DNA from: an uncultured virus (IMG/VR IMGVR_UViG_3300044294_000547)
Taxonomy: Duplodnaviria; Heunggongvirae; Uroviricota; Caudoviricetes
Direction: 5' to 3' (one strand)
DNA: 57,549 nt
Virus record (IMG/VR): IMGVR_UViG_3300044294_000547
The notes under the pieces were generated by a model. The model was not told the DNA's origin. It worked only from the letters and a program-made list of their open reading frames with translations, and did no database searches. Made by a program: the position numbers and the translations under genes. How positions within the stretch are numbered: position 1 is the first letter of the stretch; every line of letters starts with the position of its first letter. Below, piece by piece: positions 27,350-36,981 of the stretch.

Positions 27350-29396
27350 GTCCCTCAAGGTTCAGTATCCCTGCAGCTATCCACTGTGAGCAGTTGGAAA
27401 CAACCCCGTTGCCGCACTGCTTGTAGCGCTGCGCGTTGCTGATGGCAACGATGCGACCATCCTCTTCTGCTCCGAATTCATTCCAGTCATGAGGCCAACC
27501 CATCAGGACGCAGCACTCAACGGGTGTCAAACGACGCACGACCATGCGCCCCTTGTTGCTGACTGCCTCAGTCTCTGCCCTAACCACCGCATGAGTATCT
27601 CGCTCTCCAGTATCAAATGCGTTGAGAGTGTTGCTGTGATCTGCAGGAACCCATGACTCGTCGTCTGTGCTTGTCTGTGCCCTAGCAGACTTACGGAACA
27701 CATCCGACTGGCTGATCACGCAGTCACTCGAGTCTTTTCCCGTCCTGAGTGAGTGGTGCATTTCTTCAGAAAGTTTCTGATTCATGCCGTCATATGCCAA
27801 GACAGGGTTGTCCTCATTTTGCACTATGCATTTTCCTTCATTAACATACTGACTCCCAACGCCTTTGTAGTCTCTTGACGCCAAGGTTCCTACAACCTCT
27901 TGATGGTAGTGCTCATTTTGAGCAATATAGGTTTGGGCATGGTGACTGGTTGGGGCAGGCTGCATGGCCTGGAGGGCATTAGCAACCTCCAATGGTGTCG
28001 CACTGAAATTGTTATTTTTGGCATCTTCGCGTATGCTGTATGCTTGAGCAATTTCTTGACCAGATATGGCGACGTGATTTGCGGAATCTCCAAGACCACC
28101 TGCAGTCAACGGTGAAACAACATCTGAGCTGCAAGATTCTGCGCTGCCAGTGCGCTGATCCCTCGTGAAAAATCTTGGCTGAAATGCAAGGGCTTCAACA
28201 GCATCTGGCTGCATCACTCCTTGTGGAGAAGAGCCATCAAGAGCATATGCATCGTTTGACACACCTATGCCGTTGGCTCCCGTCTGCCCAAGTCTGAAGG
28301 CCATGGTATCTTCAGGCTGCTGTGCTATGACTGGGTGGTTGAACTCGTGCACACCTGCACGACCCATGCATGATCGCAGAGCACCAACCTCATCTGTGGG
28401 GACGATGCCCGTCTGCTGGTTTACATACCTAAATCCCTGACACGGCACATGTTCTATGACTGCAGCAAAATTACCCTTGTCTGGCATAAATTGGTCATGA
28501 CATCTGGTTGTCAGGCTTGAGGATTCATCTCCTGCGTCCCACCATTTCCCCTTGCCTTCTTCGGCAAAGAACTTTGCCTTGCCGACCTCTTGGGCTTGGC
28601 CGCCTTCGCTGAAGGCTTCTGTGATTGCTTTGACTTTTTGCTCGCTGAAGATGCTTTCTGCCCTTCCGAGATTGACTGTGGAGATGTCTCCGTCCTGCTC
28701 ACCTGCTGGTTGAGGGCTTCTTTCAGCAACTGGGGCAGGAGCTTGCCCCTGCGCTCTGCACGCCTCAATATGCCTACGCAAGCTTTTTTGCTGAGCCTGT
28801 ATTGGCTCAAGTAGCCCGAGCACCCTGGCTGAGCGGGACTCTGTAGGATCTCCGACAACTTCACGCGAGGCAACGACAAAGATTCGCCTTCGTCTTTGCG
28901 CAACTCCGAAGTAACGGGCATCAAGCACTCGGTAGGCGATGTCAGGATACCCGCTGTCTGCCATTTCACCGAGGACCACTCCAAAGTCTTTTCCTTTGTT
29001 GGAGCTGAGGGCTCCCGAAACATTTTCCCATACCACCCAGCGAGGACTTTTGGCCCGAACAAGTCGAATGAATTCATGAAATAATCCTGACCTTTCTCCT
29101 TCTAGACCTTTTCTTTTTCCAGCCACCGACAGATCCTGACACGGACTGCCGCCAACTATGATGTCAACATCGTCAAGGTCTTCAGCAGCCACCTTGGTGA
29201 TGTCTCCGAATATCTTCGTGTGTGGGTGCTGTTTGCGCAAGACCTTTTGGCAGGTATTGTCCCATTCCACAGCCCAGCACAGCTCACAGCCCTCTCGCAT
29301 GAAGCCAAGGCTGAATCCGCCCACCCCCGCAAACAGGTCTCCCACCTTCAATTTCTTCTTTCTAGCATTGTCAAACATAAGACGATTCTCCAGCAT
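27339..29396 (-). CDS. C5-cytosine DNA methyltransferase with greatly expanded variable region
   Basis: Motif I DLFAGVGG, IV GSPCQDLS, VI WENV, VIII AQRRRRIF, C-terminal VRRLTPVEC and motif X YKQCGNGV. Confidence 0.95.
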   Translation of the reverse strand: MLENRLMFDNARKKKLKVGDLFAGVGGFSLGFMREGCELCWAVEWDNTCQKVLRKQHPHTKIFGDITKVAAEDLDDVDIIVGGSPCQDLSVAGKRKGLEGERSGLFHEFIRLVRAKSPRWVVWENVSGALSSNKGKDFGVVLGEMADSGYPDIAYRVLDARYFGVAQRRRRIFVVASREVVGDPTESRSARVLGLLEPIQAQQKSLRRHIEACRAQGQAPAPVAERSPQPAGEQDGDISTVNLGRAESIFSEQKVKAITEAFSEGGQAQEVGKAKFFAEEGKGKWWDAGDESSSLTTRCHDQFMPDKGNFAAVIEHVPCQGFRYVNQQTGIVPTDEVGALRSCMGRAGVHEFNHPVIAQQPEDTMAFRLGQTGANGIGVSNDAYALDGSSPQGVMQPDAVEALAFQPRFFTRDQRTGSAESCSSDVVSPLTAGGLGDSANHVAISGQEIAQAYSIREDAKNNNFSATPLEVANALQAMQPAPTSHHAQTYIAQNEHYHQEVVGTLASRDYKGVGSQYVNEGKCIVQNEDNPVLAYDGMNQKLSEEMHHSLRTGKDSSDCVISQSDVFRKSARAQTSTDDESWVPADHSNTLNAFDTGERDTHAVVRAETEAVSNKGRMVVRRLTPVECCVLMGWPHDWNEFGAEEDGRIVAISNAQRYKQCGNGVVSNCSQWIAAGILNLEGLSE
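28511..29077 (-). CDS. Nested alternative-frame methyltransferase subunit (EcoHK31I-beta-like)
   Basis: Entirely inside the MTase gene, same strand, different frame; contains KLSEILQ...YRLSKKACVGILRRAERRGKLLPQLLKEAL. Confidence 0.7.
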   Translation of the reverse strand: MNSFDLFGPKVLAGWYGKMFREPSAPTKEKTLEWSSVKWQTAGILTSPTECLMPVTSELRKDEGESLSLPRVKLSEILQSPAQPGCSGYLSQYRLSKKACVGILRRAERRGKLLPQLLKEALNQQVSRTETSPQSISEGQKASSASKKSKQSQKPSAKAAKPKRSARQSSLPKKARGNGGTQEMNPQA

Positions 29397-29452
29397 AAAC
29401 TTTCCTAAGTACCTGAACGGGTCCTCCTCAGAAAGTTGCTACAAGATAAATC

Positions 29453-31204
29453 TTACGATGAGACCTTCTGCCCGGCAACCCGTTCTAGTTTTTGCACCAT
29501 TATTTTGGCTTCTTTAGGTTCAGGCGTTTTATTTTTGATTGTCTGAGCCATTAAATTGAGGCGCTCTTGGGGATTTTCCACTGCGCTGAGATATGGTACG
29601 AGAACTCTACTTACATCTGCCAGTTTTGATCCATACATCAGCATATCTAGTATGTGTGCCTCCATTTGAGTCCACCGATTGCCTCCACCTGGTTTTTGTC
29701 TATAGGAATTCCTCCCCCTCATTTGTCTTTCGTATGTAGCCTGTATTGTATGTAGATTGCCTGTTTCAAAGACATGTTTCAGAACGTCAGGGGCCTGCAT
29801 GTTCTCTTCGTTAGCAAGGACGTAGGGTTTCGCTTTCTCTAGGTCCTCAACCATGGTCTGAAGAGATGTGTCTATATTGTAGTTATGCATCATATAACCA
29901 TCACGCTTAATGGCCGTTTCAAGAAGAGACGAGAAATCTTTAAATGGAGCTTGTGACGCAGCGGTTAATATCTCTTTCCTCCAGTGGGTATCTGCGAGCG
30001 TTTGCTTTAATTTATTCCACACAGAAAATGTTGTGTCTAGAAAATGCTTCTGCTGTAATTCTTTTTTTAAATGATCGGCTCTTTTGACAACTTGTATTGC
30101 CCTAGTACGGATATCATTAATTGCGTACTGGAGAGCTTGTACTGCCACTGCTGCCCCATTTTTAGTCAACACTCCATGTACAAGAGGCTTCAGGGCTCCT
30201 TCCCAGTCAAAATTGCCATCTTTTATTTGCTCTTTTGCTTTTTCTTGAAGTTCATAAAGCGCATCTGTTTCTGCTATTGGAGTTTGATTAGACTGTAGTT
30301 CAACTAGCAGCGTCAAGGCTAAAGATCCATCCCCATTTTTCATGAGATCAGCGATGATTGTTTCTTTCTCTTTTGGAGGCAAAACCTTCAGATAAGCCAC
30401 GGCTTCCAAAAAGCCATCTGATCTGCACTGACGCATATAAGATGACAATTTGTCCTTCCACTTGTCAGCCTCATGGTAGACGGCAAGTATACATATTGCT
30501 CTTTCGCATTCACTCAAAGGGGTATTTGTCATGTTGGTGAAGCCAGACGCCGAGTTACTGTGTGGAGCCATAAATGCCCACTGTTTTCCATCCCGAACAA
30601 ATAGGAACACCTCGCCGCCATAATTTTTTAACTGCTGTTCCGGGTTATGTCCTCTCATACCTACTATACAAAAGCGCTCAGGATGGTCTATAAGTTGATG
30701 CTGTTTTTTAACATCGTCATATACATAAACTCTCATTGCCGGGAATTGATTTAGGGAAAAACTGCGAATCATTTTCATCTTTCCTCCAGGGTCAAAAACA
30801 TCGTGCTCTTGACTTTTTAGTCTCTCTCTGGTTTTGTTTTCCTGTACATCCACAGCTTGAAGGATTTCCGTAAGGCTTTGGTATGCGTCAACCGGTTTAG
30901 GAAGGCCGAGTTCCACCGTTTTTATTTTATCCTCATGGGCTTGTGCCTCTAGTTCAAATTGATGTAAATCTGGTATCTCATTATTCATCATCACCCTACA
31001 AAAAAACAATTTGTACTTGAGTTTGAAAGTTTTAATTTTTTTAATAACATCATCTGGTATGTTCTCGTCTTTTGCTTTCTGAATCCATTCTTCTGATGTC
31101 GATGCCAACTTTGCTGCCCGAAACCAAGATGGAATGTTTTTCGATGCTTGCTTTGCTGCCTGAATACAAGATGCGCTGCTTTTAGACATTAGCTTGCTCC
31201 TCAT
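29453..31204 (-). CDS. Hypothetical protein (583 aa) with AKQAS/SWFRAAKLAS leader
   Basis: Long ORF; K-x-A-S sites near the N-terminus. Confidence 0.75.
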   Translation of the reverse strand: MRSKLMSKSSASCIQAAKQASKNIPSWFRAAKLASTSEEWIQKAKDENIPDDVIKKIKTFKLKYKLFFCRVMMNNEIPDLHQFELEAQAHEDKIKTVELGLPKPVDAYQSLTEILQAVDVQENKTRERLKSQEHDVFDPGGKMKMIRSFSLNQFPAMRVYVYDDVKKQHQLIDHPERFCIVGMRGHNPEQQLKNYGGEVFLFVRDGKQWAFMAPHSNSASGFTNMTNTPLSECERAICILAVYHEADKWKDKLSSYMRQCRSDGFLEAVAYLKVLPPKEKETIIADLMKNGDGSLALTLLVELQSNQTPIAETDALYELQEKAKEQIKDGNFDWEGALKPLVHGVLTKNGAAVAVQALQYAINDIRTRAIQVVKRADHLKKELQQKHFLDTTFSVWNKLKQTLADTHWRKEILTAASQAPFKDFSSLLETAIKRDGYMMHNYNIDTSLQTMVEDLEKAKPYVLANEENMQAPDVLKHVFETGNLHTIQATYERQMRGRNSYRQKPGGGNRWTQMEAHILDMLMYGSKLADVSRVLVPYLSAVENPQERLNLMAQTIKNKTPEPKEAKIMVQKLERVAGQKVSS

Positions 31205-31519
31205 GACTTTTTCATCTTTCTGTCAAGGGTGATGCTGCGATGTATATTTACATCCGATTTTATTATAGTACATATAATTGAAGGAACCGTTAGGCGCATG
31301 GGTACACAATCATTTATTTCAGATAACAATTATGACCTCCAAACTTAAAAAAAACTTCCTAAAGTTAAAATTTTCGTGGTTTCATGATGTGAGGATTTAG
31401 ATGGTATGTTTCGGCCGGCATTTGGTAATACCTCTTTAAGATGAACATCAAAGGAGCGGAGGGGGTGTCGCTGCAACTTTTGATTTTCATCAGATACTTC
31501 AGTTCAGTAAAGAAAAAAG

Positions 31520-31990
31520 TCAGTTCTTTGCGGAAGCAAGCTTGAGTTCGGACGAAGGATTCCATCGCGCGGCAGATCCTGAAGATCTCTCTTCTAAGCC
31601 CCCCCCCAAAGCCTTGCTTATTGAAGACCACAAAGATTTTTTGGGACCAGCTTCACCGAACTCCCGAGTAGACCCTCCTGCAGCCCCAAGAGCCGCTATG
31701 AGTTTATTTATTTCTGGTGTTTTTTCGCCACCTGTAGATACATATTTTCTGAGCAATTTGTAAGCATCTTGGTTATCGGTAGTGGATCGCAACATGGTTT
31801 TAGCAACTGCATCTGCGCCCTTCTTCTTCACCAAATCTGTTGCTAATCCGACTAGTTTTTCAACGGCGTATATTTTTGCCCATTGATTTGCTCCCCTAGC
31901 TAGGTACGGCAGGGCAGCCCTGAGGAGCGGACCAATCGCTGCAAAAGCTTCTTTCTGCATCATGGTATTTTTACTGTTAATTTTTATCAT
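31520..31990 (-). CDS. Putative virion/ejection protein
   Basis: QKEA followed by amphipathic FAAIGPLLRAALPYLARGA, the same layout as 7681..8316. Confidence 0.65.
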   Translation of the reverse strand: MIKINSKNTMMQKEAFAAIGPLLRAALPYLARGANQWAKIYAVEKLVGLATDLVKKKGADAVAKTMLRSTTDNQDAYKLLRKYVSTGGEKTPEINKLIAALGAAGGSTREFGEAGPKKSLWSSISKALGGGLEERSSGSAARWNPSSELKLASAKN

Positions 31991-31997
31991 GATGTGT

Positions 31998-32037
31998 TAT
32001 TTATTTTAAAAGGTTCTATTTCCTGCCCCGAGAAATT
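31998..32037. promoter_or_regulatory. Overlapping divergent pair of putative promoters
   Basis: + strand AAGG(32010)-N17-AGAAATT(32031-32037); - strand CAGG(32025-32022)-N17-ATAAATA(32004-31998); both within a 53-bp divergent gap. Confidence 0.6.
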
Positions 32038-32043
32038 CATGAT

Positions 32044-32580
32044 ATGCTTCATATAAGAGCAAATTATTCAAAAGCTGTTCGATATTTTTCAGTTGATATT
32101 GAGGCTGACGGTCCATCTCCAGCGGTTGGATCGATGATTGAACTGGGGTGCGTTGCCGTAGACGATCCGTCTAGAAGATTTTCTGTAAAAATGCGTCCAG
32201 ACAAGGACGCCTTCAACCCGCGCTCACTTGCCATTTCAGGTTTCACGAGGGAGCAGACCATGAGATTTGAAGATCCCAAATCCGCCATGGAGTCCTTCAA
32301 CAGGTGGATATCTGAAAACTCTCATGGTAGCTCCCCTATTTTTGTCAGCGACAATGGATTCGACTGGTCTTTTGTTGACTTTTATTTCCACAAATATGTG
32401 GGTCAAAATCCTTTTGGACATTCCCCAAGAAATCTGCATGACCTCCATAAGGGTTTCAGGAGGTCTCTGTCCAAACGAATTTCCGAAGAGCGTGGCAAGC
32501 CTCCGCATTCTGCCGTTAAAGACGCCGAAATGAATGCAATGCACATGAGGAGGCTGATGGAAGAGGGGCTTGAGGGCTGA
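32044..32580 (+). CDS. DEDDh 3'-5' exonuclease (Rv2179c-like)
   Basis: SVDIEADGP, SDNGFDW, HSAVKDA. Confidence 0.85.
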   Translation: MLHIRANYSKAVRYFSVDIEADGPSPAVGSMIELGCVAVDDPSRRFSVKMRPDKDAFNPRSLAISGFTREQTMRFEDPKSAMESFNRWISENSHGSSPIFVSDNGFDWSFVDFYFHKYVGQNPFGHSPRNLHDLHKGFRRSLSKRISEERGKPPHSAVKDAEMNAMHMRRLMEEGLEG

Positions 32581-32595
32581 GCGTAGAATTATCTC

Positions 32596-33480
32596 ATGCA
32601 CACGCATGAAGATGAAAAACTTGTTGACATTATGGGGGGCAGATCAAGAATCGAGGAACAGGTTTTTGACCATGGGTTTGTAGCACTTGTCGACCTGATG
32701 CCAAGGCTAGTTCCTGAAGGCAAGACTGCAGATTACGCCATAGCCCAAGCTGCAAGAACAAGTTATGGACACGGCACCAAGAAACTAAACGAGGACGAGG
32801 GTCTGATCCGCTACCTTATGCGGCATCGGCACACCACCCCGTTTGAATTCTGCGAGGTCAAGTTTCATATCAGAATGCCAATCTTTGTGGCCCGCCAGTG
32901 GATCCGTCACCGCACCGCAAATGTGAACGAGTACTCGGCACGCTACTCGGTGGTCCCCGACCAGTTCTACACTCCAAGTGGCGATGCGGTAAAGCAGCAG
33001 AGTGCCACCAACAAGCAGGGCAGGGGGGATAGTCTTCCTCCTGAGGCAGTTGAATCATTCATAGAGTCCTGTGACTTCATATCATCTGAATCATATTCAA
33101 AGTACATGGAGGCAATAAATGGCGGCGTGGCCAGGGAACTCGCCAGGATAATCCTGCCTGTGAACGCCTACACAGAATGGTATTGGAAGTGTGATCTTCA
33201 CAATATTTTTCATTTTTTACACCTCCGGATGGATCCCCATGCGCAGATGGAGATCAGGGTGTACGCAGATTCCATGTACAGATTAATAAGGCCGTTCTTC
33301 CCAATTGCATGTAAAGCCTTTGAGGACTATAGGTTACATTCAATTCACCTGACTGCTCTTGAGGTGGAATCTATCAAAAATGGTCAGCCCATACAGACCT
33401 CAAATCGGCGGGAGGCTTCAGAGTGGGAAGCCAAGATGTCGGTGCTTGGCCTGGTTGGCAAAGGTTCTCTAGGCGTATAA
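32596..33480 (+). CDS. thyX: Flavin-dependent thymidylate synthase
   Basis: AARTSY, HTTPFE, ARQWIRHRTANVNEYSARY, RELARIILP, LRMDPHAQMEIR. Confidence 0.97.
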   Translation: MHTHEDEKLVDIMGGRSRIEEQVFDHGFVALVDLMPRLVPEGKTADYAIAQAARTSYGHGTKKLNEDEGLIRYLMRHRHTTPFEFCEVKFHIRMPIFVARQWIRHRTANVNEYSARYSVVPDQFYTPSGDAVKQQSATNKQGRGDSLPPEAVESFIESCDFISSESYSKYMEAINGGVARELARIILPVNAYTEWYWKCDLHNIFHFLHLRMDPHAQMEIRVYADSMYRLIRPFFPIACKAFEDYRLHSIHLTALEVESIKNGQPIQTSNRREASEWEAKMSVLGLVGKGSLGV

Positions 33481-33554
33481 TGGTAATAATTCACTTCAAC
33501 CCCTTTTTTGTCTAGACGACAAACAAGGTTACAAATCTCAACAAAGGAGAAAAC

Positions 33555-34310
33555 ATGAAGAGATCTATTTTTGGTTCGGCAGTAGTATTAGCAGCAACTT
33601 CGGTTGCTCTTGGATCCCAGCAGCCACAGGCGCCAGCAGGAGGTGGGGTAGATGCCCTCTCGCTTAGCAATTTCAGCTTCAGCGAAAACATCAATTTCTA
33701 CAACCTGAACACGGGGAATGTCACCGAGTTTCTGCAGAAGGTTGACTATCGGTTTAGCGACAAGCTTGACCTACACCTTGTCCTGCCAGTGTACACAGAT
33801 GGGAGCACTGGCGCAGGCATGTTCACCCTAGGAGCTCAGTATCAGTTGTTGACGGCTCCTGTGTCGTTTGTTGACTCCGTCGATTTCGGTCTAGACCTGA
33901 AACTGCCGACCGACTCTGCAGGCTTCGGTGGCAGCGGTGTCAACCCCGTCCTCAATGCGGGCGTTGATGGCAAAACCCCGATTGATAAGTTGATCTACTC
34001 CACCAGCGCAAGCTGGGAGTGGAACACAAACGGCGACTACCTCCCCATCTTCGGTGGATTTATCACCAATAATGTGCTGGATGTCGATGCCTCGCTCAAC
34101 TATGAGGTCATCAAGGATCTCAGCGTGGTCGCCAACTACAACTTCTGGTACCTAGACAGCGGTTCTAGCCTGAACACAATCGGGCCGGGTCTAAACTGGT
34201 CCATGTGCGACAATGCTTCTTTTGACTTCGCGTGTGACATCCCATTCGCAAAGTATCATACAAACAATCTCGACCTCGTGGTCAGGTTCGGTTTGAGTGT
34301 CAAGTTCTAA
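33555..34310 (+). CDS. Outer-membrane beta-barrel protein (porin/transporter-like)
   Basis: AAGGAG SD, Sec signal peptide, alternating aromatic beta strands, C-terminal BAM signal VRFGLSVKF. Confidence 0.8.
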   Translation: MKRSIFGSAVVLAATSVALGSQQPQAPAGGGVDALSLSNFSFSENINFYNLNTGNVTEFLQKVDYRFSDKLDLHLVLPVYTDGSTGAGMFTLGAQYQLLTAPVSFVDSVDFGLDLKLPTDSAGFGGSGVNPVLNAGVDGKTPIDKLIYSTSASWEWNTNGDYLPIFGGFITNNVLDVDASLNYEVIKDLSVVANYNFWYLDSGSSLNTIGPGLNWSMCDNASFDFACDIPFAKYHTNNLDLVVRFGLSVKF

Positions 34311-34334
34311 AAAATTCAAGAAAGAGAGAGAAAA

Positions 34335-34487
34335 ATGGAAAACAAGAACTCATGCTCCGTCAAGTGCCCAATGGGTGGCTTCTGCTGGAAGAATCCGGTT
34401 CACTGGTTCTTCGGTCTCGCAGTCCTGCCTTTTACGATTGATGGCGTCAAGGTTATTTGGGCTGCGCTGAATAACATTGCTAGCTGA
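34335..34487 (+). CDS. Small Cys-containing membrane peptide (50 aa)
   Basis: Below the ORF-track cutoff: MENKNSCSVKCPMGGFCWKNPVHWFFGLAVLPFTIDGVKVIWAALNNIAS; purine-rich SD; followed by a terminator. Confidence 0.65.
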   Translation: MENKNSCSVKCPMGGFCWKNPVHWFFGLAVLPFTIDGVKVIWAALNNIAS

Positions 34488-34513
34488 TTAGCAGTCTATT
34501 TTGAAGCAACCAT

Positions 34514-34548
34514 GCGGGGGCGTCGCAAGACGCCCCCGCTTTGTCTTT
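34514..34548 (+). terminator. Intrinsic terminator
   Basis: 11-bp stem gcgggggcgtc-GCAA-gacgcccccgc followed by tttgtcttt. Confidence 0.85.
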
Positions 34549-34611
34549 GAGGAGGACACATGTGGTTTCAGTTGAAGCATATTTAGTTAAATAGGGCAAT
34601 TAGTCAGCATC

Positions 34612-35163
34612 ATGAATCGAAGACCTTTTGCATTGAGAGATTCTATTAGTCAGGAAATGGGCCTGAGAAGTATGTGTCAATTTGTAAAACAAGTTAAAGG
34701 GGACATTCCTACCATCGTAGAGGTTGGTGTCTTCTGCGGAGAAAGCACCAGAATTTTTGTGGAAGAGTTTTCAAACTCTAAGATCATGTGCATTGATCCA
34801 TGGACAGAGGGATATGATCCGAATGATCCAGCCAGTAATGTGGATATGCATGCGGTTGAAAAGAGGTTTGACATGTTCGCAAAAAAACATAAAGCAGTAT
34901 GCAAATACAAGGGAATATCTTCCGATTTTTCTGCCCTGCCAGAATTCAACAAAGTTTCAATGTGCTATATTGATGGTTGTCATACATATGATGCTGTAAA
35001 AAACGACATCAAGTTTTGGCTTCACAGATGCGAACATGCTATATGCGGCCACGACTACGGATTTAAAAATCACTGGCTTTCACCGGTCACTGACGCCGTT
35101 GATGAAATGGTTGGCAAGCCCGACCGTGTATTCAGCGACGATTCATGGATCAAAATTCTATAG
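34612..35163 (+). CDS. Class I SAM-dependent methyltransferase (Methyltransf_24-like)
   Basis: VEVGVFCGEST, CIDPW, YIDGCHTY, ICGHDY. Confidence 0.85.
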   Translation: MNRRPFALRDSISQEMGLRSMCQFVKQVKGDIPTIVEVGVFCGESTRIFVEEFSNSKIMCIDPWTEGYDPNDPASNVDMHAVEKRFDMFAKKHKAVCKYKGISSDFSALPEFNKVSMCYIDGCHTYDAVKNDIKFWLHRCEHAICGHDYGFKNHWLSPVTDAVDEMVGKPDRVFSDDSWIKIL

Positions 35164-35361
35164 TTGACAAGAAAATCAATATTGCTATTTCTGTTTTTAG
35201 GTTTTTTCACATGCGAAATGGTTGAGCCACCCGTTAGGTGGTCTAAAATCACCTCATCCTCCCTAACGGTGATTAAATTGCGTACTAGCGAGGTTGTGAC
35301 ACAGTACCTTTCCGTCTTAGCCAGATTCTTTGACGATAAATAATGAAGCAGGAACACTAGC

Positions 35362-36981
35362 ATGGGCACCAAGGGTTGGAAGCCTCTCCATCTTTTTCTC
35401 TATCACAAGAATGATCAGGCTACAGTTGCCAATTATGAAAAACTGTGCATTGAGGAGGGCGAGGATAACATTCAGCCCATCTCTGACTGCCAGTCATTCC
35501 TTCCCCGCACATTCAGGGCAGATCAGCTCAAATGGATGTTCCCACATTGGGACAGCTACTGGATGTGTGACGGTCTAATTTACAAGTATATACTCAATAA
35601 CAAGGACAGGGTGGAATCTTCTTCTGTCGTCATCATAAACGAATATGACACATGGTGGCAGTGCAAGTCGTCTGAGTGGATGCCTCAACTGATGAAGGGC
35701 TGCGATATAGCGGCATCTAATGTCCTCACATTCGGTAAAGATGGCTGGGTGTTCTTTGACAAGCACAAGCATTTGGACTTCGCCAAGCAGCTGAGAGGAT
35801 TGGTTCCATTCTCCGTGGTTTGCGTTCGACCGGAAACTGCGGTTGGAATCGCAGAGTTGGTTAGGGATGATGCTAGATTCCATCCGCTCTACAACAATGA
35901 GATGAGGATAGGGTCTGCCGCCAACATGCTTGGGGCACGCATAGCCTTGCTGCCTAAACATATAGGGCAGAATGTTCAGTGGCATGGCTGTCAGTACAAA
36001 AGTGATCCTGGAATATATCATCCAATAAAGGTGCTCGTGAATTCAGGCAAAAAGCCCGTACTGCAAAATGAAGTAGGCGGATTCAAGCGCTCAATAGTCA
36101 AGAAAGCGTGCCAAACTAGGAGTAGTAAATTGTCCAAAAATCCATCTGCACAAGAGTTCGGAATCTTCACTGCCGCCTTTTATGGATCAAGCGAAAAATG
36201 TGAAGCCGCCGCATCGAGATTGCGATCTTCAGTGGAAAGATTTGACTGCGAACTAATAGTTCTTAAGGGTGATAGCTCTCACTCTTTGCAAGACATGAAG
36301 ATAACAAGACTACTGCGCATGATCAAGGCCATGGACCAAAAATGGCTGATGTGGGTAGACTGTGGAGACACATTCTGTCTACAAAACCCAAAAATATCAC
36401 TCAAATATCACGAGGCATGTGGTAAACAAATACTAATGGGTGCAGAAAAAAATTGCTGGCCCGAGGGGAAATTTTGGACTCAATATCCAAAGCCGTTGCA
36501 TAACAACACGTCTATGGAGTATTACAGATTTCTAAATTCTGGGGTTTTTGTTGGATTGCGGACTGACATCATAAGACATTTACAGCTTTTGGAGGACATT
36601 ATGTCTGAGAACGCTGATTTGATGGATCCATGGAGAACCGACCAGGCAATATGGACCAGATTGTTTCTTGAACAGGAGAAACGGAGCGCTTCGATTGCTC
36701 TAGATACAAGATGTGATTTGAGTATCAGTACAGCCGACTTGACCATCGATATTTTTGAGCCAAGTGCAAGAACGGGAACTCCGTGTTTGAAAATACCAGC
36801 CACCGGAGGAAAGCCGATTATGCTTCATTTCAATGGAAACGATAAACACAATGTCGATAAAATAGAGAAGTTAGTTTCTCTCGCAGGGGCGGGCGCTTAT
36901 CTCTCCCGATTTAGGCCGCAGCCGTTGGCTGGCACAGTTAGTTCTGATTTCAAAAGGCAAATCAAAAAGGTTAGCACATGA
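35362..36981 (+). CDS. Two-domain glycosyltransferase, C-terminal PLOD-type GT domain
   Basis: WVDCGDT, ILMGAEKNCWP, YRFLNSGVFVG, TDQAIW, LHFNG. Confidence 0.75.
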   Translation: MGTKGWKPLHLFLYHKNDQATVANYEKLCIEEGEDNIQPISDCQSFLPRTFRADQLKWMFPHWDSYWMCDGLIYKYILNNKDRVESSSVVIINEYDTWWQCKSSEWMPQLMKGCDIAASNVLTFGKDGWVFFDKHKHLDFAKQLRGLVPFSVVCVRPETAVGIAELVRDDARFHPLYNNEMRIGSAANMLGARIALLPKHIGQNVQWHGCQYKSDPGIYHPIKVLVNSGKKPVLQNEVGGFKRSIVKKACQTRSSKLSKNPSAQEFGIFTAAFYGSSEKCEAAASRLRSSVERFDCELIVLKGDSSHSLQDMKITRLLRMIKAMDQKWLMWVDCGDTFCLQNPKISLKYHEACGKQILMGAEKNCWPEGKFWTQYPKPLHNNTSMEYYRFLNSGVFVGLRTDIIRHLQLLEDIMSENADLMDPWRTDQAIWTRLFLEQEKRSASIALDTRCDLSISTADLTIDIFEPSARTGTPCLKIPATGGKPIMLHFNGNDKHNVDKIEKLVSLAGAGAYLSRFRPQPLAGTVSSDFKRQIKKVST

